Shown piece after piece: positions 1 to 10,054 of a DNA stretch of 64,000 nt (positions are counted from its first letter, which is position 1; every line of letters begins with the position of its first letter). The position numbers were made by a program, and so were the translations under genes. The notes below the pieces were generated by a model. That model did no database searches. It saw only the letters and a list, made by a program, of their open reading frames with translations, and was not told the DNA's origin. The stretch is from Neodothiora populina (taxonomy: Eukaryota): contig NW_027191404.1 of the NCBI RefSeq assembly GCF_041146345.1, positions 496,001 to 560,000 of the forward strand. The letters run 5' to 3'.

Positions 1-285
1 CATAAATAGTAACATTCACTGTATGGGTTCGGTCTGGCCAAGGCATGTAGCATGATAGGGACGCTTGGCTCCGAAGCTCGTCGAGCGCCTTTCTGGTAAT
101 ATTTTCTAGCTGAAGGATGCCTCCCTTGATTTAGCTGCGTGAAAATCCATGCGGGGAAACCTCGCTTGCTGATTGCTGGATTGGGCGGATCGTTCGAGCT
201 GTCGTGCTGTCGTGCAGTCGTGCTGAGAAAGAACTTCTGGTTGCATAAGGCAACAGTTTGTTGAAGGGCCATATAGTCCTTGTTA

Positions 286-767
286 TCACCCCACGAGTAG
301 TAAAATCCATCTTCCATCCTCATTGATGTCCATACCCACCCACTTACAAGTAGGATGCACGACCTCGGCCGTAGCAGCAGCACCCGAATGTGTCTTCATC
401 AGCGTCGCGAGAGCAGTGGCGTGACGATCTAGTGCAGTAGAACCGCTATAAGGCTGTCTGGTAGGACTAGAAAGTGAAGGCATGGAAGGAGGATTAACAG
501 GTGAACCGAACGCAGTACCGCTGTTAATGCCTGAAGTGGAGTCCACACTGTTGTTGCGGCTCGTAGCACTCATGATGCTGGCAATAACGGTATCTGGCTC
601 GAATAGACGTTCAGCGGTGATGACTACACGCGCTATCGATGCCGACTTCTTGACGTGAGCTACGCTGGCAGATGGGGTGGGAAAGTAGGCTGCGAGAGGG
701 TCGAAAGTGATGTCGTATTCAACGTTCGGAAGCAAATTTTGATTTACTATCTGTGAGAAGGCTGAAG
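286..767 (-). CDS. Candidate terminal exon of the 849-2231 orphan gene
   Basis: Open frame of about 160 codons preceded by a CTAAT branch (790-786) and a TAG acceptor (770-768). The phase matches the weak donors GTAAAT (889) or GTAAAG (895). Confidence 0.35.
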
Positions 768-848
768 CTATTGATTGCGCAACTGATTAGTGATATTTAT
801 GAGTGGAGGAGTGGATGAGTGGATTAGTGAATCAGGGCATAGTAGCAT

Positions 849-2231
849 CTAAGAAGGATTGATAAGAGTGGTTGTCATGTGAGATTTACCTTTACCTTTA
901 GCCTTGTGCGACGGCGAGCCTCTGCTGTGTTCTGGAGAGCTTTGGACGGAGCGGGATGGTGCAGCCTTCTTGCTGCGGGAGTGCAGGATCCTGTGCAGAA
1001 ATTTCTGCTTCTGTGGCGGAGTCTCCATGGTCGAGGAGGGGCCTGTTGGGAACACGTATGTCAGTAACCGGTGAATCCATGGTATCAAGTGATTGAGTGA
1101 AGGGTGCTTACGACGCTGACTCTCACCGAGCGGAATGTTGTCACCCTCGTCGACCGAAAACCTCGCCCTCATCTCGTCGAGCCACTTGTTGACAACCAGG
1201 ACGGCAATGTCCTCCATCTCTATGATCTTAGCGCAGATGGATGGGGTGCCGCCCCTGTATCCACTCAAGCGGGACAATTCGAGCTTCTTGGCGAGGGCGT
1301 GAGTGAGCGCGCCCAGCACCGGCAGCAAGGTGAGACCGTGGTCACGGCCACCAAGCATGCTGGCCCGGATGTCGTTCAATTTCTGCACGATCTCCGCGCA
1401 CACTGTCGTTGCGGCCGTCGTGCGCGCCCTCCTTGTAAGGGGGCCAGAGAGCTCTGAGGGCGGGAGGTGGAAGAGGTCCTCGGCTGCCGACACCTGGGCG
1501 GCCATTCGCTTCTCGAAGGCTTTCTGCGGTGCGGCTCCGCCGTATATAGACCGCAGGGGGGATTCCACGGAGGCTCTGACCCAGGCAGAGGTGTGAGACG
1601 AGGCATGTGTGGGTTGTGTGCCCGCGAGGTTGCCGTCCTCATCCTCAGGTATTGGCGCCTGTCGAGCATGTCCTGCTCCGGCCACCAGCCCTCTCGCGAC
1701 TGCTCGCCCGATGTTGTCGTATCGCGCTCTATCCAATTGGGACGAGCTGCGGGCGCTGGCCTGAGTGGCACGCGAGCTGGGGCGTGTCTCCCGATTGGTC
1801 CCCTCCGATTGCGAATACACGGAGGCACTCTGGATGTCCGCAATGTCTGAGACATAGTCGAAGTCGTCGCCTGTGCGAGAGGTCCGGACAGACCCCTCAG
1901 GCATACGATCCTCGTTCTGTGCTCTAGACACATCCAGGAAGTTGAAACTTCCTCGGTATTGGCTACCGTAGGGGCCAATCGCATACTGCCCTGGATCTGG
2001 GCGAGTACGCACTGCATCTACGTCGCTTGCAGCTGCGAGGAGGGAGTTTGTTAACCCCAGCTCGCGAGCTGATGCGGCGTTTGAGAAAGAAGTTGTGGAA
2101 GGAGTAGACGGTGATGTGACTTCCTCGTTCTGTGATGTGACTTCCTCGTTCTGTAATCGAATCTCTCGGCGCTGGTCTCGGCGTTCTCGGCGTTCGCGAG
2201 CGAGAACGGAATGAGGCGTAGGCGAAGACAT
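849..2231 (-). CDS. Orphan/hypothetical protein, Ser/Arg-rich and largely disordered; one likely intron at 1111-1043, and possibly a second intron joining it to the 286-767 exon
   Basis: 460-codon ATG ORF. It contains a canonical intron (GTAAGC...ACTGAC...CAG, 69 nt, in frame). No recognisable domain. Confidence 0.6.
   Translation of the reverse strand: MSSPTPHSVLARERRERRDQRREIRLQNEEVTSQNEEVTSPSTPSTTSFSNAASARELGLTNSLLAAASDVDAVRTRPDPGQYAIGPYGSQYRGSFNFLDVSRAQNEDRMPEGSVRTSRTGDDFDYVSDIADIQSASVYSQSEGTNRETRPSSRATQASARSSSQLDRARYDNIGRAVARGLVAGAGHARQAPIPEDEDGNLAGTQPTHASSHTSAWVRASVESPLRSIYGGAAPQKAFEKRMAAQVSAAEDLFHLPPSELSGPLTRRARTTAATTVCAEIVQKLNDIRASMLGGRDHGLTLLPVLGALTHALAKKLELSRLSGYRGGTPSICAKIIEMEDIAVLVVNKWLDEMRARFSVDEGDNIPLGESQRRKHPSLNHLIPWIHRLLTYVFPTGPSSTMETPPQKQKFLHRILHSRSKKAAPSRSVQSSPEHSRGSPSHKAKGKGKSHMTTTLINPS
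2111..2152. repeat. Perfect 21-bp tandem duplication (encodes QNEEVTS x2)
   Basis: GTGATGTGACTTCCTCGTTCT occurs twice in tandem. Confidence 0.9.
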
Positions 2232-3648
2232 ATCTGATAGAGTGATATCGTTCGATTATAAGACGTAAGAACGACGAAGTGAATTGAGATCCAATTATAT
2301 AAAGTGGATAGTATAAAGGAGTCGTGAAAGAGAGCGATAGATGAGTGTGCTTGCCAACTGCTCTTTACCACAGATCTAAGGATGTCGTTGTAAGATGCCG
2401 ATTACTCCTTGAGATAATATAGGATAGGTCGGTCTGTATAATGTGTATAAAGTCGTAAGTCTCGGCGTTTGTTGCAGGTTATATGTCTGAGGAATGCAAG
2501 CCTATAGCAGCTGAAGGTCGTGTGAAAATAGCAGATACACTTGATTATGTATGCAGCTGGCGTAATAATTGCTGTAATCGACGTGTCTGATGCTAGAAGC
2601 GCTGCGAAGGTTACGCTTTAGATAGAGGTGATCGTCTTTTAAATGCTGAGACTGCTGTGAACAAAGTGAATCTAGTTTCTCGTCTTGGTATATAAGGTTG
2701 TATTGCGTTTGTGAACAGTGTTGTGGAAATAGCTGTCGTCTTAAGAGAGAAGTTTAGACTGTCTTAAAGGAGTGCGCTGGAAAAGGGCATAGAAAACGCT
2801 TAGGGTAATGCGTTTTGCAGAGTGTTGGAATAACAATGCGGAAAGTCGGTGATTGTTGTATACATAGGAGTGACTGCTTCAATGCGGCAAATACAAAGCA
2901 GCTGATAGACCTCTAAGCAGTAGCGTTTGTAAGAGCAAGTCTTGAAAGGTAATGTAGCAGTGGTGAATAGAGAAAGTCCCACAGTTTGTGTTTGACTTGT
3001 TGTTGATGCAGCGAGGCCTTGGAGCATCAATAGATGATGTCCTTGTAGAACGGTGGAGCAATTGTGTGCGCTTAGAGGCTTCCTTTGCAGATTTATGCCA
3101 ACAAGTAAAGTTATTGCAGCGAGAATGTAAGCTGAGGCTTTATGAGTGACGTTGAGATGAGAAGATTATCGCATCAATAATCGTTGTGCCAAAGCAGAGC
3201 AATGCGTGATTATGTATAAATCATAGACTGAAGAGTGTAAATGTAGGTTTGTTGGTCTTCTGTTAAAAGTCCAAAGCACTGCAGAAGTAGCAAGACGATG
3301 ATGTGGCTTCAAGTAAAGTGATTAGAGTTGAAGAAAGAGAAAATGATCGGTCAAGCAGAAGAAGGTAAGATGTTGTGGAAGCAGTGTAAACCGGAGCATG
3401 GCCAGGTGAGGTGAAGAGTTCGATCGCCAAGATTACAGCATAAGTGCTGGTGAAGTGATGCTGAGGTAGAAGGTTGAGTGCCTTTAACTTCTTGCTGTCA
3501 AGGTGTGTATTGCCTCAGGAGCAGCATACGCTTCCCACACCGTGTCCTCAGGCTTGGTCGAGACGCTGTATATGGGTTTAGTCTTAAATTTTCAATACCA
3601 CCTTCATCGCCACATTGACGATATTGAGTCTTGTTAGTCAGATGCCAT

Positions 3649-4260
3649 TCATCTGCGGTCCCGCGGAAATGGATGGGTAGCAGTGGAAAGGTGGCTCATA
3701 TCGAGGCTGTTGAGATAGAAATGCCAGACCAGGCGCTGAACAGGCCCACTCATTCTCGGGTATACTCGTATTGTACAACAGCACTCCTGGGTCTGAAGGC
3801 ATTGTGTCTGTCGTTTACTCTCATGAAATGGCATGGCCAGTTCTTCCGACTGCTTGAGAGCCCTCCATCGTGCTGTGCATCTCTTTTGCTTCGTGAACTT
3901 GTCTTGAGACCTTCGACATTGAACATCCAGCCGATGCCAACGCAACAGGTTTAATCGATGGTCTTCATCTTGGCTCTTGTCGTAGCCGATACAGTACAGT
4001 CTTCTCCAAATAAAGCGATCACCTCGTTTTTACACAGAATAGAGGTCCATCCGGACATTGTGTAAGATGTGCTCGAATTGGTCTTACTACCTGATTATAC
4101 ATATTTTCTGAAGGCGTCCAGCAGATAGAGACTGATCAGTCTAAGTTGCAGATACTCGGGACTAAGATAGCCATTGTGAGGACGACAGCCTTGTTCTGCT
4201 ACTACTAGCTTGTCGAGGTCATATCCGTAGAAACGAGGGATCATCCCATGAAATATTGTG
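3649..4260 (-). pseudogene. Possible decayed gene remnant, family unknown
   Basis: Protein-like translated segments (IFHGMIPRFYGYDLDKLVV...LISLYLLDAFRKYV*; DQFEHILHNVRMDLYSV*KRGDRFIWRRLYCIGYD...) broken by stops and a frameshift. Confidence 0.25.
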
Positions 4261-6389
4261 CCACAGTATGGTTGGTACAGATCGAGTTATAATTGCTCTG
4301 ACCGGGACGACCTCACTATAAGGACGAGATGCATCAATGTCTAGTATAGAAACAGCATACACGGGAGATTATATGTTGAATTCGAAGACAGGGAATGTAG
4401 AGTGAACGTGTTGCGATTATGATGGTGATTCGATGAGTATGGGGGTAACGGACCATGGCGCCAAGCCTTCAGCTAGACTTCATCGGGCGTCAGCGATATT
4501 TTACAAGTGCAGCAAACATAAATACATCTCTACAAGAGCATTTGAAGACTCGACATTGGCATCTCATCCATCGAGTCTAAGGTCTATTCACTTGCGTCGC
4601 GTATTGTTCGATGGTAAAGATGTATTGGTAGCTCAGTGGAGGATAAACATGATAGTCGTAAACGAATACATGGACCTTGTGAATATGAATTTTGGCGACA
4701 CTTAGCAAAACATTGCACGCTAGATTATGCATATTGCACGAGCTAAATTATATGATATCTACTGTATGCCCAGGAAGCTCGCTAATTCTGAGGTCTCCAT
4801 CTTCGAGAAGCATGCCTTGGTGTTCTGACTCTGCCGATCAATCCTATTACACCTTCTGCGCGACTTAGACCGAAAGGTTCGAGATTCAGATCGAGATCGA
4901 CCGAAGCTTTGCATGCTTGACAGCCTATGCGTTAACACGCTATAAGAACATTGATCGACTATTTCTTATACTTCCCGCCAGTCCGGTCTTACTTGTCACA
5001 TCATCTTTGCTCTAATTCTACTGTACTGACACATTCCACTATTGAATTTCTCTGCTGCAGATGACCCTCATGGGTTCCGAGCTTTTGAGAGAGTTTGTTT
5101 CGGTAGAATGCTTATCTCAGATCGACGATATGTTTTGCACCAGCGATAGAGTCTTGTCATCATTACTAGCTGCATATTCGATGAGGTGGGTTCGGTGATC
5201 AATACTGTAGCTATTATTGCCGCGAAAGTCGAGACAAAGACGTCGAGATGAGTACCTTACTTTGTCTTCGCGCTGCTGATAGTCTATACTCCATCAACAA
5301 GCGCTTCAGAACTTTCCTCGCAGGCACTAGCTATCAATCGATATTTACAAGTCTCGCGGCCTACCTACAATCAGGACTTCGGATGACAAGGCAACAACCT
5401 CCAGATGGTAAGACCTCGCAACTCCACTTCGCCGTCAATAGCTTGTACATGATGCAAGCTGTGCTATATGCGCCATCAGGTCGGCCTCATTTCGATAGCG
5501 CGGAAAGACCAAGGGAGCAGAAACCCCACAGCTATGATACGGTATAGTACGATGGCACGACCTCGTATAACACGAAAATAATTGTTGAAGTCCCCTTATC
5601 GACACCACTGCGAAGCCGTTTATTTTCAGCAGCAGCACTATAACTTGTGAATCCACCTCACAGCACACCTAAGATCATGCATTATGCAGGAGGATTAAAG
5701 TGCTGGGGTGACAGTGTGGTAGTATCTGCCGAGGTGTCTTATCACGCAGAAAGACTGTCGCACGGCTGAGCGGCGATAAAGAATCGACAAGGGAGATGCA
5801 TAAAGTTACGGCGCTACTAGGAAAGCACTGTGCACATCCTCGCTCTGAAGGCTGAGTGGGCCTTTCCTTCGACTGGCAACAGCTGAAGCTACAAGAGATG
5901 TACCGAGGCCGACCAAGTCGCCATGACGGCCTGATATGGGATTTGTAGGTACGCCAGGAGAGGTTGCACAGGTCAATGAAGTAGTTATAGTGATAGCAGC
6001 AGCATATATTTTTCGTATGTGAAAACGCACTAAACTCACTCATATCCCAACGTTACCCTCGCATGTCAAACAGCAGTACCAGAAACAGAAGAATAGGACT
6101 GGTCAGATATAAGCGAGTGGGACAAGATATGGCGACGCGACGATGACAGCGACGGTTCTCCAACCACCGCAAGATGCATTTTACAAATAGCGTAAGTGAA
6201 GACGTTGATCGCACGAGGTGCAGGAAACCCTTCGAAACGGTTTCCCGACGCTGGCTCTCCAACCAAACAGACCGCCCAGAAAGCGTTGCACCGTCCAGAA
6301 ACGGCCGTCACGTCTTGAAGAATGGAGCGCATAAGGATAAGCTACTCAACAAGCAAAGGCAGAAAAGCAAGGCAAAGCAAGGTAACCTT

Positions 6390-7113
6390 TGAAATAGCCT
6401 TAATTTCCACCTCTATTCATTCTGTTCCCATCAACCACGCACGCATGTCTCACATCCGTGATCACTTCTCCACTTTCCAACTGACCTCACGCTTCGTGCG
6501 TCCTCAGCTTCCCTCCCTTGGTTCGCTTCATCCATGTCTCAACGCTTCCAAAACGCTCCAAGACACGAACGGCCGCCCGAACAAAACGGTCGTAACGATC
6601 TAACCTTCCTATTCCCCCCCCCCCCCCCACCCACCAGCCTTCGCTCTCGCGCGTCGCAGCTGAAGAAAAGGCCTAAGTGGCGACGTTTTATGCGTTTCAC
6701 TCCGCCCTTCGTACCATCACTCTGCTTGCTCTCTTCCAGCCCCCTTGAGAAAAAGATCCGCGGCCGACCGGTGATGCTTGGCCTTTTTTTGTCTCACGAT
6801 TCAAGATCCGAGTCGGAAACCCAAATCGTGTCTCGCGTTAGGCTTCTTCGACGTTAAGTCGTTACGTAGGTGCGCGTGATTCCGAGGGCTGGGAGGATAG
6901 TGCCAGAGGGGTGAGGGGGATGGGAGGACTGGCTCTTGCGTTTTTGGCCTGACCAGCCTGAAACCGGATAGGTGAGGATATTGACTGATCTGTCTAAGGA
7001 TTTCGAACCTTGCACTTGAGAGGATGTTGCATAATCCAATGTCAGGCATGTCACTTATGCTTTGGAGAAGGAAAGATAGATGGAAGTGGTAATGTTCGCT
7101 CATTGCGATTTCA
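6390..7113 (+). ncRNA. Candidate long rod-shaped structured RNA, family unknown
   Basis: More than 10 nested helices found by hand, with many G-U pairs on the + strand. No credible ORF (see findings). Confidence 0.5.
6614..6628. repeat. C15 homopolymer
   Basis: Read directly from the sequence. Confidence 0.9.
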
Positions 7114-7357
7114 TTAAGTAGTAAAAAATGAATGTAGTCTATATGTTTTATGTTTGACAGTTTCTTTTCCTCTATTGTGTCGTGAAAGTGTGTGTCCTCA
7201 TCCCGTTGCATCATCCCCAGCATCTATGTACAAACATAACAAGTGAATGTGAGATGAAACCTGCTCTGAAGAAACATTAAACCCTCCGGTGACATTGCTG
7301 ATAATTAAATTGATGAAAAAAGAAAAGGACGTGAAAGCGCTATCGCATGATCACCGC

Positions 7358-10054
7358 TTAGAAGGTGAACAACATAAGGTTGGGGTTCAACGCAATAGGC
7401 AAGAGGAAGTGACAAGCAATGACAGTGACCATAGGCCAGATGGCAGTGAATGTGGTGATCCTCCAGAGATCAGGAATAGCCAGAGCGCACACGGCCATGA
7501 CGGCGGCGAGAGCAATGCAAATGGCGAAGGTGAACTTGAAGCTCTTGATGACCTTGGGGACTTCCTCGAAGAAGGTAGTGTTGTCGGCTTCCTTGGAGGT
7601 GGCACCCCAGTTCATGTCAATGCCGAACAAGTGAGACAGCAATGCCTGCGAGACGTGCATAGACACACCACCGAGGAAGACAGTCATGAGAGGAATCCAC
7701 TTGAAGTTGGTCCAGAGGCCGCGGATGAGACCCATCTCACCGATACGGTAACGAAGGACTGCAAGAGACACGTTTCCGAGAGCGTAGAACACAACGACGA
7801 TGGCGAAGTAGATCTTGAATGAATCGACATAGTAGTGATCGAGCCAACCGTTGAACCAACCAATGAGGAAGTAGTTGAGGATGGTAAGGAGCCAAGAAGA
7901 GCCAAGAGCGTAATAGGTACCGATGTAGGACATGATAGTGATCTTAGAGGCGATAGGCATTTTAGTCTTGAGGAAACGCATGAACAGAGGAGTCAAGGGT
8001 CCCTTGGTGAGCCAGTACTTGAGAGGTTGGAAGAGAAGCTCACTGCAACCATAGGCGTACTTCTCCCAACGGGCAAGCTCGTCGTAGACGGTGAGAGAGA
8101 CACCCTCCTTGAAGCCATCACCGGTGTAAGCAGCAAGACGGATGATGAAACCCTCAGCTTGGAGACGCAGAGACATATCGAAATCCTCAGACACGGTAGA
8201 TTCGGACCAGAACTTCTCGCGCTCATCCTCATCCTCGTAACCGATAGACTGGACAGCAGCCCAGCGAAGGACGGCGTTGTGACCGACGAAAGGAGCGACA
8301 TCACCGTTGGCAACAGCGTATCTGATCTGAGTGTAGACAAGGTTGGTGAAGAAGGTGATACCCCTCTCGAAAAAGCTGTCGGTAACGTTCATGACGCCGG
8401 AGTTGTACTGGATGATACCAACCTGAGGAGATTGCTCCATCTCAGAGACAGCGTCAAGGAGACAGTCGGTGGGGACACGGGTATCGGAGTCAATTAGCAA
8501 GATGTAGTCACCAATGCGAACGTTGCCGTCAGCCCAGGTGCGACCCTGATCCTCCTCGACAACCTCGACAAGTGCGTTTCTGTATGCCTCAGCCTCGTCA
8601 TCCTGAGTCCAGGTGACAGGGCGGTTGATGGCATTGAGCTTCTCCTCAACACGATTGGAGACCCAGAGAGAGTAGTTCATGTTGGAAGCCTTCTTGAACT
8701 TTCCGCGACGGATGAAAGCCTCACCGTGCTCACCCTTGGGATCGTGGCGAGGACGAGCGACCCAGCCGATGTTGTGCTCATCGTAGAAGTCCTGGCGGGC
8801 ACGAGCCTCCTCCTCAGGAATGAGTTGCATACCGTCGTCGTTGATGAAGATGTTGGCAGTGCCACCTTGCATCTCGTAGGTAGAAATAGCGGCCTTGATA
8901 GAACGGATAGTGGGCTCAATGACACCTTGGAGACCCTCCTTGTAGACAGGGCACTCGATAGTGATGTGAGGAAGAGGACCGTCGTCAATTCGGAGGCGAC
9001 GAGGGGCGATGCCAGAGTAGTACTTGGAGTTGGAGTGGACTTGGTTGATAGGACCGATCATCTGGGCGACGTTACCGCAGATGGCCTGGAAGAAGAAGAG
9101 CGAAAGCCAGATCTGGGCGGGAAGAGCAGCGATGAAAGCAAGACGGATGTATTGACCATCGATCCAGATCTCTTTTGCGACCTCGGCGTAACCAGAACCC
9201 ATAGCAACGGTAACGATGAAGAGTGTGAAGGCAGTGACAATGGACTGGTACAGAACGATTGGTCGAGGCTTCTCGGCAGCGGCTTCGATCTCGTCGACAT
9301 CGCTGCCAACCTCGTCAACGTTGACGGCAGCAGCCTTCTCCTTCTCGCTGACCTCCTCCTCGGTCTCGTCGTTCCAGATCATGTGCATGAGAGCTTCCTG
9401 GATGTTCTGAGAGCGCTTGAGGAGCTGGCGGGGCTCGTCATCCCAGACAACGAGGATGCCACGGTCGGCAATGAAGGCGGCGAACTGATGCTTCTGGCAT
9501 CTGGGGAGGTAAGACATATCAGGAAGGACCTGAAGACGAAGACCATCCTTGAGAGGAACGTAAGGTCTGTCGTTGCCGTGGAGGAAGAGCTTGATGACAC
9601 GAGTGTTGACGGTCATGGCACATCTGACGTTGAGAGTCTCAATGGCCTTGAAAAAACCAGCAGGCTCCTGGTCGATGTCTGAAGGGCAGCAAGTGTACCT
9701 GCCACGCGACTTCTTGAGGACGATACCCTCATCGTGACCACCAGCGGTCCAGAGAAGCTCCATTTGCTGTTGGTAAAGCCAGTTGACCATCATGTCGCAC
9801 TTGAGATCCTTGAGCTCATCGGCCTGAGCCTGGCGGCCATCCTGGCCAGGGTGAATAGATCCGGGACGAGATGCCCAGGGTGAGTTACCAGCACCGGGGG
9901 TGCCGAATGTGGAGGGGAATCTGGGCATGGGCGATGCACCACCAGATGAAGATGCCTCGACGACAGACTTCTCAGTCATCTCAGGAACTGCCTTTTTGGC
10001 ATTCTTTGCCTCCTTCTTGGCCTTGCCAGGAGCAAAGTATGATCCGAAACCCAT
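7358..10054 (-). CDS. Glycosyltransferase family 2 membrane protein (Glyco_trans_2_3-like processive GT2)
   Basis: 898-aa intronless ORF with NDDG, KKASN, DSD (DxD), SED and ELARW (QxxRW-like) motifs, C-terminal TM helices and strong codon bias. Confidence 0.92.
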   Translation of the reverse strand: MGFGSYFAPGKAKKEAKNAKKAVPEMTEKSVVEASSSGGASPMPRFPSTFGTPGAGNSPWASRPGSIHPGQDGRQAQADELKDLKCDMMVNWLYQQQMELLWTAGGHDEGIVLKKSRGRYTCCPSDIDQEPAGFFKAIETLNVRCAMTVNTRVIKLFLHGNDRPYVPLKDGLRLQVLPDMSYLPRCQKHQFAAFIADRGILVVWDDEPRQLLKRSQNIQEALMHMIWNDETEEEVSEKEKAAAVNVDEVGSDVDEIEAAAEKPRPIVLYQSIVTAFTLFIVTVAMGSGYAEVAKEIWIDGQYIRLAFIAALPAQIWLSLFFFQAICGNVAQMIGPINQVHSNSKYYSGIAPRRLRIDDGPLPHITIECPVYKEGLQGVIEPTIRSIKAAISTYEMQGGTANIFINDDGMQLIPEEEARARQDFYDEHNIGWVARPRHDPKGEHGEAFIRRGKFKKASNMNYSLWVSNRVEEKLNAINRPVTWTQDDEAEAYRNALVEVVEEDQGRTWADGNVRIGDYILLIDSDTRVPTDCLLDAVSEMEQSPQVGIIQYNSGVMNVTDSFFERGITFFTNLVYTQIRYAVANGDVAPFVGHNAVLRWAAVQSIGYEDEDEREKFWSESTVSEDFDMSLRLQAEGFIIRLAAYTGDGFKEGVSLTVYDELARWEKYAYGCSELLFQPLKYWLTKGPLTPLFMRFLKTKMPIASKITIMSYIGTYYALGSSWLLTILNYFLIGWFNGWLDHYYVDSFKIYFAIVVVFYALGNVSLAVLRYRIGEMGLIRGLWTNFKWIPLMTVFLGGVSMHVSQALLSHLFGIDMNWGATSKEADNTTFFEEVPKVIKSFKFTFAICIALAAVMAVCALAIPDLWRITTFTAIWPMVTVIACHFLLPIALNPNLMLFTF

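Noticed and set aside
6660..6684. CTGAAGA (and CTGAYGA at 32694 and 32742) as hammerhead ribozyme cores
   Set aside because: No proper stem II followed by GAAA, and no stems I/III with an NUH cleavage site.
6390..7113. Assignment of the rod to telomerase RNA, RNase P/MRP or SRP RNA
   Set aside because: No TAACCCTAA-type template nearby. The GAAAAGGCC/GGCTT pairing lacks P4 topology, and GTCGGAAAC is not followed by the SRP helix-8 GGAGCAG partner. An Rfam search is still needed.
7289..9682. Long + strand ORFs (177, 220 and 318 aa) opposite the GT2 gene
   Set aside because: Antisense shadows produced by the strong codon bias of the real gene. The same applies to 22099-23010, 56649-57491 and 61185-61811.
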